Shown: one piece after another, positions 21,844-31,976 of the stretch | How positions within the stretch are numbered: position 1 is the first letter of the stretch | How the letters are laid out: each line of letters begins with the position of its first letter | DNA from: Gammaproteobacteria bacterium | Lineage (GTDB): Bacteria; Pseudomonadota; Gammaproteobacteria; UBA4575 | NCBI GenBank assembly: GCA_965221955.1 | Contig: CBDCTA010000029.1 | Coordinates: forward strand, 604,601 to 668,600 | Length of the DNA stretch: 64,000 nt | Direction of reading: 5' to 3' | Notes under the pieces: model-generated | Told to the model about the DNA's origin: nothing | The model's database searches: none | Seen by the model: only the letters and a program-made list of their open reading frames with translations | Made by a program: the position numbers and the translations under genes

Positions 21844-22515
21844 TTATTTGCTTGAGAAATAGATGTCGCCATAACTTGCTTTAGCTATGCTTTTTGAGTT
21901 ATCGGTGTCAGTCATGATAGCAATACCATCGATATATTTTGGTACTTTATCAAAATGTTTAAACAGATCTTCCTTTATATTTACTTTTTCGTAGTTCCAT
22001 ATGCCAGTTTCATCAAGATTACGACGAATTGGAATCATGATTGCTTTTCCCGTATATGGGTTGGGCCAAGATGTGTCAATTTCATCATTGCTAGACCAAA
22101 CATAATTCAATGCTTTTGCGCTTAAAGGTGTAATGCCTGTTTTAAATACAACATAAATTCGTGCTGCATAATCATCATTGTTTTTACTTTTTTCGTCTAA
22201 TGCATGTAGAGCTTGATCAATGCGCCAGCTCCAATTTAAAAATGGCGTTTCATTTATATTAATCTTAGTTTTTTTGTACAGAGCTGATGCAGTGTGTTTA
22301 CTTTCAGCTTTTAAAAAATATTCTTCATTTTCTTGCACAATGGTATAGCTGGTTTTGCCTACAAAAGATTTATTTTTCCATCCCTCTAAATTCATTGTGC
22401 TAAATTCACCTATTGTTAATTTAGTAAAATTGGATGTGCTCGCATAACTGCCAGCTGTATAATAGAAAATTAAGCCCAAAAATAAGGCTAAAATAACTTT
22501 ATTAGCATTTAGCAT
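21844..22515 (-). CDS. DUF3047-family exported protein
   Basis: Signal peptide; L.WSW, DDYAARIYVVF, LNYVWS, IAIMTDTDN. Confidence 0.85.
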   Translation of the reverse strand: MLNANKVILALFLGLIFYYTAGSYASTSNFTKLTIGEFSTMNLEGWKNKSFVGKTSYTIVQENEEYFLKAESKHTASALYKKTKININETPFLNWSWRIDQALHALDEKSKNNDDYAARIYVVFKTGITPLSAKALNYVWSSNDEIDTSWPNPYTGKAIMIPIRRNLDETGIWNYEKVNIKEDLFKHFDKVPKYIDGIAIMTDTDNSKSIAKASYGDIYFSSK

Positions 22516-22563
22516 AATCATCCTTTTTTCAATGCAAGCTACTTTTATAGTGGAACCCAACTG

Positions 22564-23616
22564 ATGTTAGATAACAAATACTATACACAAGACCAACATG
22601 GGCCTTTTGAGTTCTATGCGCTTGGTGATTTTCAGCTCGAATCGGGTGAGGTCTTGCAAAATGCTCAACTTGCTTATGCCATACATGGCAACCTTAATGA
22701 AGCCAAAGACAATGCAGTTTTGTTTACGATTATGTTCTCAGGTACCTCCAAGAATATGGAGCATTACATTGGAGAGGGGAAAGCATTAGATCCTGACAAA
22801 TATTGCATCATTTTGCCTAATCAACTGGGAGCAGGTTTATCAACTTCACCACATAACGCTGATGAGCCACAAAGCATGTCTAAATTTCCTGCAATTTCGA
22901 TTGCAGACGATGTGATTGCACAACACAAGTTACTGACAGAACATTTTGGAATACAAGAATTACAGTTGGTCACGGGGTGGTCGATGGGAGCTCAGCAAAC
23001 CTATGAGTGGGCAATACGTTATCCTAACATGGTCAAACGTGCGGCGCCGGTTGCGGGAACCGCGAAGTGCACGGTTCACGATGCGTTATATGTGGACGTA
23101 TTTAATGAAGCTTTAAAATCTGACCCAGAATGGCGCGATGGAAATTATTCTGACCCAAATGCATGTAAGCTTGGGTTAAAACGCTTGGCACATGTCTTTG
23201 CATTAATGGGTTTGTGTACCGAGTTTTATCGGCAAGAGCAATGGAAAAGAATTGGTTTTGATTCTATGCAAGAAATGTTAAGCGGTTTTTGGGAGGCTTG
23301 GTTTCAGCCGATGGATCCAAATGCACTATTGTTACAAGCAAAAAAATGGCAGCAAGGTGATTCTAGCAAACATGCAAATGGAGACTTGGTCCAAGCTTTG
23401 AAAAGAATTAAAGCTAAGACTTATGTAATCGCATTTGAGCAGGATATGTTTGTGCCTGTTTTAGATTGTAAACGTGAACAGCAGCAAATTTCCGATAGTG
23501 AATTAAAGGTTATTCCATCTTTAATGGGGCATTTTGCAATGCTGGGTTTATTTGAAGAAGATTTTGAGCAGATTGATAGTATTTTTCGCTCATTATTGTC
23601 TTGTGATGTTTCCTAA
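22564..23616 (+). CDS. Homoserine O-acetyltransferase-like alpha/beta hydrolase
   Basis: F.LESG..L....LAY...G.LN..KDNA, GWSMG nucleophile elbow, C-terminal GH. Confidence 0.8.
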   Translation: MLDNKYYTQDQHGPFEFYALGDFQLESGEVLQNAQLAYAIHGNLNEAKDNAVLFTIMFSGTSKNMEHYIGEGKALDPDKYCIILPNQLGAGLSTSPHNADEPQSMSKFPAISIADDVIAQHKLLTEHFGIQELQLVTGWSMGAQQTYEWAIRYPNMVKRAAPVAGTAKCTVHDALYVDVFNEALKSDPEWRDGNYSDPNACKLGLKRLAHVFALMGLCTEFYRQEQWKRIGFDSMQEMLSGFWEAWFQPMDPNALLLQAKKWQQGDSSKHANGDLVQALKRIKAKTYVIAFEQDMFVPVLDCKREQQQISDSELKVIPSLMGHFAMLGLFEEDFEQIDSIFRSLLSCDVS

Positions 23617-23694
23617 GGCATATACTCTTTAGTCTTATCAAAGCGGTATACTTAAATACTCATATAATATATCTCTAGGAAATAGTATCCCAGT

Positions 23695-24180
23695 ATGTCG
23701 GCACATTTTAAATGGTTTGGAAAGCGTGAATCCGTTGAAGAGGTGGAGGAAGGTAAGTTGCTTGCACCTAAATTTGACGAGCACGGATTAGTGCCTGCGG
23801 TGACTACGGCTGCTCAAACGGGTGAGTTGTTGATGTTGGGCTATATGAATGCGGAAGCTCTGGAGAAAACTATTGAAACGGGTGAAGCACATTACTGGAG
23901 TCGCAGTCGGGAGTGTTTATGGCACAAAGGTGCAACCAGTGGTTTGGTGCAAAAAGTGGTTGAGTTGCGTATTGATGATGACCAAGATGCGGTGTGGTTG
24001 CGTGTAGAAGTTGCTGGTGATGCAAGTTGTCATGTAGGTTATCGTTCATGTTTTTATCGTGCAATCCCTACAGGCGATAAACCAAAAGACGCTCCAATTG
24101 AAATGGAATTTAAGGAGTATGAAAAAGTATTTGATCCTGTTGAAGTGTATGGAGACGCGCCCAACCCTACTAAGCTGTAG
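23695..24180 (+). CDS. hisI: Phosphoribosyl-AMP cyclohydrolase
   Basis: [38 protein letters not shown]. Confidence 0.95.
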   Translation: MSAHFKWFGKRESVEEVEEGKLLAPKFDEHGLVPAVTTAAQTGELLMLGYMNAEALEKTIETGEAHYWSRSRECLWHKGATSGLVQKVVELRIDDDQDAVWLRVEVAGDASCHVGYRSCFYRAIPTGDKPKDAPIEMEFKEYEKVFDPVEVYGDAPNPTKL

Positions 24181-24192
24181 CTAACTACTTAA

Positions 24193-25272
24193 ATGGAAAA
24201 TCTTCAAGCCCTATATGATTCTTGGCTCGCAATCTTTGGGCCCAACCCCTATCTCAAAGCATTTGGAATTGTTTTAGCTTTTGTAGCTTTTGCCTTAGTT
24301 TTTAATTTAATCATTATACGTTTTTTAAAACGTCTTACTGCTAAGACGGCTATTAAAGGCGATGATCATATTATTGATCTTGTGCAAAAACCGATTTTTG
24401 TAAGCTTAATGATATTTGGTTTTGTGCAGGCAATTAAAGTTTTGGACATGCCTGAAAACGTTATGGTTACAACTGTTGCAGTTTTAAAAACCATTGTCAT
24501 TATTGTTTGGGCAACCTTTGCGATTAGGTTCTCAAGATTTTTGCTGACAGCAATCAGTACAAGAAAAGAGGACAATAAAAATAAGCTTATACAGCACAGT
24601 ACATTGCCGTTATTTAGTAACCTTGCGTTATTGATTATTGTTGCTGCAACAATATACATGCTGTTTTTAGCATGGGGGATTGATGTCACTGCCTGGTTAG
24701 CGTCTGCAGGAATTATTGGTTTAGCACTTAGTTTTGCAGCTAAAGACACTTTGGCAAATTTATTTGCAGGCGTTTTTATTTTAGCGGATACACCTTATAA
24801 GTTAGGTGATTATATTGTTTTAGATTCAGGTGAGCGTGGCAAGGTTACCCATATTGGAATTCGAAGCACACGGATGCTGACGCGCGATGATATCGAAATC
24901 ACGGTTCCAAACTCGGTTATGGGTAATGCAAAAATTACCAATGAAGCAGGTGGGCCATACAGTAAGCGGCGAATACGTGTAAAAGTTGGGGTAGCGTATG
25001 GTAGTGACATTGATAAAGTGCGAGAAGTGTTGGAGCAAGTTGCTAAAGATAATGAAAAAGTTTGTGGGCTCCCAGAGCCTCGTGTGCGGCTACGAAATTT
25101 TGGGCCTTCAAGTGTGGATTTCGAATTGCTATGCTGGATTGATCAACCAGTGCTACGTGGGCAAGTATTAGACCAGCTGTATTCAGATGTGTATAAGAAG
25201 TTCATCGAACACAATATTGAAATCCCATATAGTAAACAAGATGTCTACATTAAAAGTATGCCTTCGGCTTGA
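24193..25272 (+). CDS. MscS-family mechanosensitive channel
   Basis: FAAKDTLANLFAG, IGIRST, VGVAYGSD. Confidence 0.93.
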   Translation: MENLQALYDSWLAIFGPNPYLKAFGIVLAFVAFALVFNLIIIRFLKRLTAKTAIKGDDHIIDLVQKPIFVSLMIFGFVQAIKVLDMPENVMVTTVAVLKTIVIIVWATFAIRFSRFLLTAISTRKEDNKNKLIQHSTLPLFSNLALLIIVAATIYMLFLAWGIDVTAWLASAGIIGLALSFAAKDTLANLFAGVFILADTPYKLGDYIVLDSGERGKVTHIGIRSTRMLTRDDIEITVPNSVMGNAKITNEAGGPYSKRRIRVKVGVAYGSDIDKVREVLEQVAKDNEKVCGLPEPRVRLRNFGPSSVDFELLCWIDQPVLRGQVLDQLYSDVYKKFIEHNIEIPYSKQDVYIKSMPSA

Positions 25273-25308
25273 GCTAGGGTAGTAATTAAAAAATTAAATT
25301 GGAATTAG

Positions 25309-25482
25309 ATGAAAAATCGAACCTCTACTTCTACTGCTAAAGGACAAAGCCTCGATGAAGCCGTTTGTGATGGCGGAGCCGGTGTTTTAGGGCATCCAAA
25401 AGTTTATTTGCCCTTTGGTAAAAAATCAGAGGTGACTTGTTACTACTGCGGTAAAAGATTTGAGAAAAAGACAACTAATTAA
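25309..25482 (+). CDS. Small zf-CHCC zinc-finger protein (57 aa)
   Basis: Manual translation MKNRTSTSTAKGQSLDEAVCDGGAGVLGHPKVYLPFGKKSEVTCYYCGKRFEKKTTN; C-x8-H-x14-C-x2-C pattern; below ORF-track cutoff. Confidence 0.88.
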   Translation: MKNRTSTSTAKGQSLDEAVCDGGAGVLGHPKVYLPFGKKSEVTCYYCGKRFEKKTTN

Positions 25483-25666
25483 TAGAACATTTCTACTGTC
25501 TTAGTAGGAAAATGTAATAGCTGTTTAAGAAAACGCATTGCAAAGGAGCTGCATAGTAATACTTCTTTTAGTTCGTGACTCGTTCCTGTAAATTTAGGCC
25601 AAATTTTTCATTCTAATTTTTAGTCAATCTTTTGTATTAAAAGCTTATTTTAAGTGAGGTTTATAT

Positions 25667-26059
25667 ATGTCTACGGATCGGATAAGTGTCATGGTGACTT
25701 CTGGAAACCGTGAGCAATTGCAGATGGCTGCAATGGTGGCATCGGTTGGTGCAGTTAGTGGATCAGATGTAACGGTATTTTTATCTATGAATGCACTGAA
25801 ATTTTTTCTTAAAGACTCTAGTGAAAAAGCACCTGCTGAAGGAGAGATGGGGAGATTAATGGAAGAAAAAAATGCACCTGACTTTATGGAATTGTTTTCA
25901 CAAGCTGTAGAGTACGGAGATGCAAAAATTTTCCCTTGTTCCATGGCGGTAGATATACTGAATATAAAACAAGAAGATCTAGAAGACTTTGTTTCAGACC
26001 CGTTAGGACTAACTGCGTTTCTAGGTGATGCATCTGAAGGCCAAGTTTGGCACTTTTAA
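25667..26059 (+). CDS. DsrE/DsrF-like sulfur carrier (DsrE2-type)
   Basis: V.VF.SM.AL, KIFPCSMA motif; next to tusA. Confidence 0.85.
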   Translation: MSTDRISVMVTSGNREQLQMAAMVASVGAVSGSDVTVFLSMNALKFFLKDSSEKAPAEGEMGRLMEEKNAPDFMELFSQAVEYGDAKIFPCSMAVDILNIKQEDLEDFVSDPLGLTAFLGDASEGQVWHF

Positions 26060-26111
26060 GATTTATTGAGTCTAAGAATTTTATTAATAAAATATTCTCA
26101 GGGAGAGTAAT

Positions 26112-26342
26112 GTGGCAGAAAGAAAAGTAGTTGATGCTAAAAATACGTTTTGTCCAGGACCATTAATGGAGCTGATTGGGCAAATGAAAATGGCCGAAGT
26201 AGGAGACGAATTAGAAATTTTGTCTACTGATCAAGGGTCGGCAAATGATATTCCTGAGTGGATCAACAAAGTTGGTCACGAAATGATAGATAGTTTTGAA
26301 GAAGCAGGTGTTTGGCATATTGTAGTTAAAAAAGCCAAATAG
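26112..26342 (+). CDS. tusA: Sulfurtransferase TusA family
   Basis: VDA....CPGP, LSTDQGS..DIPEW. Confidence 0.9.
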   Translation: MAERKVVDAKNTFCPGPLMELIGQMKMAEVGDELEILSTDQGSANDIPEWINKVGHEMIDSFEEAGVWHIVVKKAK

Positions 26343-26394
26343 GCTCTTTAGTTAAGTAGCAAGTTAATAAAGAAATATAAGAGGAGAGGTAGTC

Positions 26395-27522
26395 ATGAAA
26401 ATACTCGTTGTAGGTGGTGGAATGGGCGGAACTATTCTGGCCAACAATTTAGCAAGAAGATTAAGTGGTGAATTAAAGTCAGGTAAGGCCAGCATCACCA
26501 TGCTATCTGCATCAGATAAACACATGTATCAGCCAGGTTTGTTGTATGTTGCTGTAGGCAAGATGACGCCGGATGAGTTGTATCGAGATCAAGTAAGTTT
26601 GCTTGAATCAAGTATTACATTTCGTGTAGACCCAGTTACTAAGTTTAATCTAAAAGAAAATAATGTAGTCACCGAAAGTGGTAAACAATATGACTACGAC
26701 ATTATCGTAATTTCTACTGGCTCGCGTGCTTTTGCAGAAGGTACGCCTGGGTTAGCAGAAAACGCTTTGCAATTTTATACAGAAGCCGATGCCGTAAATA
26801 TGTATAAAACGTTGCAAAGCTTTGAAGGTGGAAAAGTAGTTGTTGCAGTAGGTGTCCCGCACAAATGTCCAATGGCGCCATTGGAAATTACTTTCATGCT
26901 TGCAGATTATTTTAGAGAGCGAGGTATTTGGGACAAAGTGCAGATGCATTACACCTATCCAATTGGGCGAGTTCATAGCTTAGAGCCCGTTGCCAAATGG
27001 GCACAGCCAGAGTTTGATCGTTTGGGTATTACTTATGAAACTTTGTTTAATATGAAAGAAGTTACCCCAGGTAAAGTGATTAGCGAAGAAGGCACTGAAG
27101 CTGAGTACGATTTATTAGTGACTGTACCGTCACATAAAGGTATGCAAGTTATCGAAGATAGTGATTTAGGCGCAGGTGGGTTTATACCAACCAATCGCAC
27201 GCGCTTGAATATAGAAGGCTATGAAAATGCATTTGTAATTGGTGATACTACTAACTTGCCAATCAGTAAAGCAGGTTCTACTGCTCACTTTGAAGCTGAA
27301 GCGCTAGCAGAAAATATTGCCTCGACAATTAAAATCGGTACACCGGTTCGTGACTATGATGGCAAAGTATTTTGTTTCATTGAAGCGGGTGAAGGTAAGG
27401 CAACGTATGCCATGTTTAATTACCAAAATCCGCCTGATCCCAAAGCGCCTACCAAAGGTATTCATTGGTTTAAAACAGCCTATAACAAAATGTATTGGGC
27501 CAGTGCCCGCGGTCTTTTATAA
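26395..27522 (+). CDS. Sulfide:quinone oxidoreductase-like flavoprotein
   Basis: GGGMGG FAD motif, YQPG, KCPMAPLE, IGD, YDGKVFCFIE. Confidence 0.85.
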   Translation: MKILVVGGGMGGTILANNLARRLSGELKSGKASITMLSASDKHMYQPGLLYVAVGKMTPDELYRDQVSLLESSITFRVDPVTKFNLKENNVVTESGKQYDYDIIVISTGSRAFAEGTPGLAENALQFYTEADAVNMYKTLQSFEGGKVVVAVGVPHKCPMAPLEITFMLADYFRERGIWDKVQMHYTYPIGRVHSLEPVAKWAQPEFDRLGITYETLFNMKEVTPGKVISEEGTEAEYDLLVTVPSHKGMQVIEDSDLGAGGFIPTNRTRLNIEGYENAFVIGDTTNLPISKAGSTAHFEAEALAENIASTIKIGTPVRDYDGKVFCFIEAGEGKATYAMFNYQNPPDPKAPTKGIHWFKTAYNKMYWASARGLL

Positions 27523-27534
27523 GGGGATAGTGTT

Positions 27535-28068
27535 ATGAGCGAACTTCAATCAATGCAAACTGAGGCTGAACGCATATTCGAAAGTGCAGCAGATGCACTT
27601 TCAGATGATATCGTCGGCCGACTTGGGGCTACGATGGGTGATGGCTTAATGCTGTTAGACCAAGTAAGTCGTAGTAATTTAGATAAAGCGATCCCACTCA
27701 TTGATCATCTTGTGGAAACAGGTGATTTAGAACGCGCTGCAAATCTTGTTCGTGTACTGGGAGCTGCCGGCGATGCAATGAGTGATGATATTGTTAGTCG
27801 ATTAGGTGAAATGGTTAACGCTCTTATGATTATCGCTGATCGCATTTCTCGAAATGAGAATCTTCATAAACTTTTAGATTTATTGGAACGTGATTATATG
27901 GTTGATATGTTGACCAGTATGTGTGAAGCGGCGGCTTCTGCAAAAGCAAGTCATGAGGTTCAATCTACTGGTGGTATTATGGGATTGTTGAAAACCATGA
28001 AAGATCCAGAAGTGCAACAGGCGCTGAAGTTTATGTCCAAATTTAGTGCTGAGTTTAAAAATACTTAG
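27535..28068 (+). CDS. DUF1641-family helical protein (usual SQR neighbour)
   Basis: GGIMGLLKTMKDPEVQQAL motif; internal repeat A.DA.SDDIV.RLG. Confidence 0.8.
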   Translation: MSELQSMQTEAERIFESAADALSDDIVGRLGATMGDGLMLLDQVSRSNLDKAIPLIDHLVETGDLERAANLVRVLGAAGDAMSDDIVSRLGEMVNALMIIADRISRNENLHKLLDLLERDYMVDMLTSMCEAAASAKASHEVQSTGGIMGLLKTMKDPEVQQALKFMSKFSAEFKNT

Positions 28069-28089
28069 ACTGATCTAGCATAACTTTTT

Positions 28090-28124
28090 AAAGCCTCTAC
28101 AAATAATTTTGAAGAGGCTTTTTT
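28090..28124. terminator. Terminator between convergent genes
   Basis: AAAGCCTCT...AGAGGCTTT plus T-run. Confidence 0.7.
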
Positions 28125-28783
28125 TAGCAAGCGCTAACCGAATGGATGCGGGAAATTTTTTGTTGTTGACCGAGGCGATAGAATCTTCTTAATTCATTTT
28201 GTACAGATTGTGTAGCTGAGTTATACATTTCCATCAGCTTTAAACAATATTGGGAAGCATAGGTGCTGGCTTTTTGATAACGCTGTACGTTTTCATGTTC
28301 AAGATTACTTACAAATTGTGGATTTGAAAATAATAATGACCAAATTTCTTGCATACTTGTAATGTCTTTTTTGTTCGCGATTGCATTTGTGGCGCTTACA
28401 AATTTATCAACTTCTGCTTGTAGTTCTAATTCAAGCTGAGATACGGAGCGATCATAGTAGGCATTCCAGGCCAAGTATAAAAAATGGCTCACGCCTTCTA
28501 GGGCAATCCAGAAATCATGTAGATCCTTTTTCTGTGTATGAGCAGTTGGGTATTGATCGCCTAGACGTTCAACAAGATCGTTGTTTAAGTAAAGAGAAAC
28601 GTCTAAATATTCTTCGTTTTCAGATATTAAAAGTTGCTCTAGAACATTGTTATTAATTTCTTTGTTGGAAATAATTTCGGCAAAATTTTTATCAGTTATG
28701 ACAAAATCAATTACATTCTCGTGCACGGATACTTCATAAATTGCTTCGAGCTTGCTTTGAATGTCTGAGAGTAGAGATGTCAT
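28124..28783 (-). CDS. Conserved hypothetical protein
   Basis: 219 aa; EGVSHF...ELELQAEVDKF motif. Confidence 0.8.
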   Translation of the reverse strand: MTSLLSDIQSKLEAIYEVSVHENVIDFVITDKNFAEIISNKEINNNVLEQLLISENEEYLDVSLYLNNDLVERLGDQYPTAHTQKKDLHDFWIALEGVSHFLYLAWNAYYDRSVSQLELELQAEVDKFVSATNAIANKKDITSMQEIWSLLFSNPQFVSNLEHENVQRYQKASTYASQYCLKLMEMYNSATQSVQNELRRFYRLGQQQKISRIHSVSAC

Positions 28784-28798
28784 GAGTTGGCGTTGAAG

Positions 28799-29392
28799 CT
28801 ATTGAATGCTTGTGTTTTGTTCTATAGGAAGAATGTTATTTTCTATAAGTATTTTTTTGGCTTTTTTGCTTTGTGTGCGTATCCATAGCTCATAAGTGCG
28901 CAATAAGTTTTTATCGGATTGGTTTTTATTTAGATCAGATAAAACATCTACAAAATCAACAAACTTACTGGATAATTCGTAAAAAACGTCGAGACTTGAA
29001 GTGGAGCTAGAAGACAAAGAGTTTGATTCAGATAAGCACCCATACGCAGTTCCGCCCATTGCAACATAGTAGTCAACATCAACTGCTTTTTTACTTAGGT
29101 TTCCAGAAAATAGACCGCAAATAAACAAGGCAATGTCGCCCATTCTTCGTAATGCAATATCACGTTCATGAGAAGATGGCGAGTTCAATGCATCAGAATA
29201 ATATAAAGCTAATGCTTTATGTGTAGCGCGACCATGCCCGCAATCGATGAAACGTTCAGTGCGTGAAAATGTTGTGAGTAAATTGGTAAGGTAAGAGACT
29301 GTATGGTCTTGTGCTTGAATATTTTGTTTGCTTAAAGAGCTAAGCAAAAAATCGTGAAAGTAATTACGCAGGCTTTCCTGTTTAAGTAGCAT
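28799..29392 (-). CDS. Conserved hypothetical protein
   Basis: 197 aa; YLTNLL..F, LRRMGDIALF..GLF, YY..MG..AY motifs. Confidence 0.8.
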   Translation of the reverse strand: MLLKQESLRNYFHDFLLSSLSKQNIQAQDHTVSYLTNLLTTFSRTERFIDCGHGRATHKALALYYSDALNSPSSHERDIALRRMGDIALFICGLFSGNLSKKAVDVDYYVAMGGTAYGCLSESNSLSSSSTSSLDVFYELSSKFVDFVDVLSDLNKNQSDKNLLRTYELWIRTQSKKAKKILIENNILPIEQNTSIQ

Positions 29393-29644
29393 ACAAAGAG
29401 TCCTTTTTCATTACCCATGTTTATTTTTTCTAGTTAGAAAAAATAATTCAATTTGAAAAAGACTAGTGGTATGACCATTTATCAGTTGGTTAATACCGAA
29501 AAAAATTAAATTGTGAGGGATTATGACTCTTATGTCTAATCGATCGAATAAGAGTGCTAATTAGTCTGTGGAGCGGTACTAAAGTGAGTTTTTATTTTAT
29601 TTCCTGTTTTTAGCTTCTGTCTTTGTCGTGTCGGGTTACGAAAA

Positions 29645-31318
29645 TTATTTATTCGTTTTGGCTTCAGCTTTTGCCCAACTATCACGTAACGTTGCGACTC
29701 GATTAAAAACAAACTTGTCACTTGACGAATGTTTGCTATCTAGACAGAAATAACCTTGGCGTTCAAATTGCACATGATCTTGTAATGCAATTGTTTTTGC
29801 ATGTGGTTCAATTTTAGATTCTTGATGAATAATAAGTGAATCCTTATTTAGTGTTGAGGTAAAGTCATCTGCAGCCGCAGGGTTGGGGACATTAAATAGT
29901 CGGTCATATAAACGTGTTTCAACAGTTAGTGCATGCTCAGCGGAAACCCAATGAATGATTCCTTTGAGTTTCTTTTTATTTTTACCCGCACTATCAGGAT
30001 CGTATTCGCAGCGAAGTTCGATTATTTCTCCAGCGTCATTTTTGATGACTTCATTGCATTTAATATCATAAGCATTACGCAGTCGTACTTCTTTGTTGGG
30101 GGCTAGGCGGAAAAATTTGCTCGGTGGATCTTCCATAAAATCATCACGCTCAATATAAATGACTTTGGAGAATGGAATGGTACGTTTGCCGCGTGTAGGA
30201 TCTTTAGGATGATTGTTAGCAGAAAATTCTTCTTCTTTATCATCGAGGTAATTTTCGATTACCACTTTTAGAGGATCAATTACACACATGAGTCTATTCG
30301 CGCGTGGATCTAAATCTTCACGGATACAGTTTTCTAATACACTCATTTCAATAAATGCATCTTTCTTGGTAATCCCAATACGATCGCAAAACTCTCGTAT
30401 GGATTCTGGAGTGATACCACGGCGACGCATTCCAGAGATCGTTGGCATACGCGGATCATCCCAGCCATCCACGTAATTTTCTGACACTAAAAGATTGAGT
30501 TTTCGCTTACTGCTAATGGTGTATTCAACAGAAAGTCTGGCAAATTCAATTTGCTGCGGATGACTAGCTGTTTTTAACTCGTTGAGTACCCAATCATATA
30601 AAGGACGATGATCCTCAAACTCAAGCGTGCATAAAGAATGTGTAATATTTTCTAACGAGTCAGATATACAATGTGTATAGTCATACATAGGATAAACACA
30701 CCATTTATCTTGGGTTCTTGGGTGTGTCGCATACTTAATGCGGTATAAAACAGGATCACGCATGTTGATATTGCCTGAAGCCATATCAATTTTGGCGCGT
30801 AATACATGCTCACCTTCTTGGAATTCTCCATTGCGCATACGCATAAATAGATCTAGGTTTTCTTCAATGCTGCGATTGCGAAATGGGCTTTCAATTCCAG
30901 GTTCAGTTAACGTGCCGCGTTGTCTGCGAATCTCTTCTGCATCTAAACTGCATACATAAGCTTTGTTAAGTTTTATCAGCTTGACGGCATACTCATATAG
31001 CTTTTCGAAATAATCCGACGCATGCTTTAGCTCTGACCAATTAAAACCTAACCACTGCACATCTTTTTTTATTGCATCAATATACTCTTGGCTTTCTTTT
31101 TCGGGGTTGGTGTCGTCAAAACGCAAATTACACTGGCCGTTATAGTCTTGGGCAATTCCAAAATTTAAACAGATAGACTTGGCATGGCCGATATGTAAAT
31201 AGCCATTGGGTTCTGGGGGGAATCGAGTGATTACTTTGCCGTCATTTTTTCCGTCCGCAATATCTTGGTCAATGATATTACGAATAAAATTAGAAGGTGG
31301 TGCAGGTGTATTGCTCAT
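29645..31318 (-). CDS. glnS: Glutamine--tRNA ligase
   Basis: [35 protein letters not shown]. Confidence 0.98.
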   Translation of the reverse strand: MSNTPAPPSNFIRNIIDQDIADGKNDGKVITRFPPEPNGYLHIGHAKSICLNFGIAQDYNGQCNLRFDDTNPEKESQEYIDAIKKDVQWLGFNWSELKHASDYFEKLYEYAVKLIKLNKAYVCSLDAEEIRRQRGTLTEPGIESPFRNRSIEENLDLFMRMRNGEFQEGEHVLRAKIDMASGNINMRDPVLYRIKYATHPRTQDKWCVYPMYDYTHCISDSLENITHSLCTLEFEDHRPLYDWVLNELKTASHPQQIEFARLSVEYTISSKRKLNLLVSENYVDGWDDPRMPTISGMRRRGITPESIREFCDRIGITKKDAFIEMSVLENCIREDLDPRANRLMCVIDPLKVVIENYLDDKEEEFSANNHPKDPTRGKRTIPFSKVIYIERDDFMEDPPSKFFRLAPNKEVRLRNAYDIKCNEVIKNDAGEIIELRCEYDPDSAGKNKKKLKGIIHWVSAEHALTVETRLYDRLFNVPNPAAADDFTSTLNKDSLIIHQESKIEPHAKTIALQDHVQFERQGYFCLDSKHSSSDKFVFNRVATLRDSWAKAEAKTNK

Positions 31319-31420
31319 TTAGCTTATCGTTAGTGTTATTTTTAATATTATATATTTATTGACAACATTAAATCAGAAATTCGTCCATTATTTTCGTTCA
31401 TTACTTTTAGGGAGTATGCA

Positions 31421-31969
31421 TTGAATCCATTGCTTAAGAAAATATTAATACTTGGTGCGCCAATACTATTGCGAAAACTGTTTCGAGGTAAAAACAATTT
31501 TAGGATAGCTGGTTTAATTCTTTTGGCTTTGATTTTTGGCGTATGGTTTTTTGTTCAATATCCTTTTGGCTTAAACCAGCAAAGCTCTGAGCAAGCTGCT
31601 GGTGGTGTTCACACAAATGAAGCGCAATTACCTTCTATTGAGCAATCCAACATTCGTTCACTGTTTAATGAGCAACGCTCTGGAGTGATGGTTTCTACAG
31701 TAGGTAATGTTACACGAATTCTAAAGGATGATAATGAAGGGAGTCGACATCAACGATTTTTGATTGATATTCCAGATGGGTTGTCTTTGCTCGTTGCGCA
31801 TAATATTGATCTAGCCGCTAGAGTGCCGCTTCGTGTTGGTGATCAAGTTTCTATTTATGGTCAATATGAGTGGAACCATAAAGGCGGAGTATTGCATTGG
31901 ACCCATCACGACCCTAATAAAAGCCATGCCGAAGGCTGGATTTTGCACAAAGGTATTAAGTATGAATAG
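31421..31969 (+). CDS. DUF3465-family protein
   Basis: DD.EGSRHQRF, AHNIDLA, HWTHHDP. Confidence 0.85.
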   Translation: MNPLLKKILILGAPILLRKLFRGKNNFRIAGLILLALIFGVWFFVQYPFGLNQQSSEQAAGGVHTNEAQLPSIEQSNIRSLFNEQRSGVMVSTVGNVTRILKDDNEGSRHQRFLIDIPDGLSLLVAHNIDLAARVPLRVGDQVSIYGQYEWNHKGGVLHWTHHDPNKSHAEGWILHKGIKYE

Positions 31970-31976
31970 GGAGTTG

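Noticed and set aside
25667-27522. Possible selenocysteine recoding in DsrE/TusA/SQR given selU nearby
   Set aside because: Candidate catalytic positions are ordinary Cys codons; no in-frame TGA
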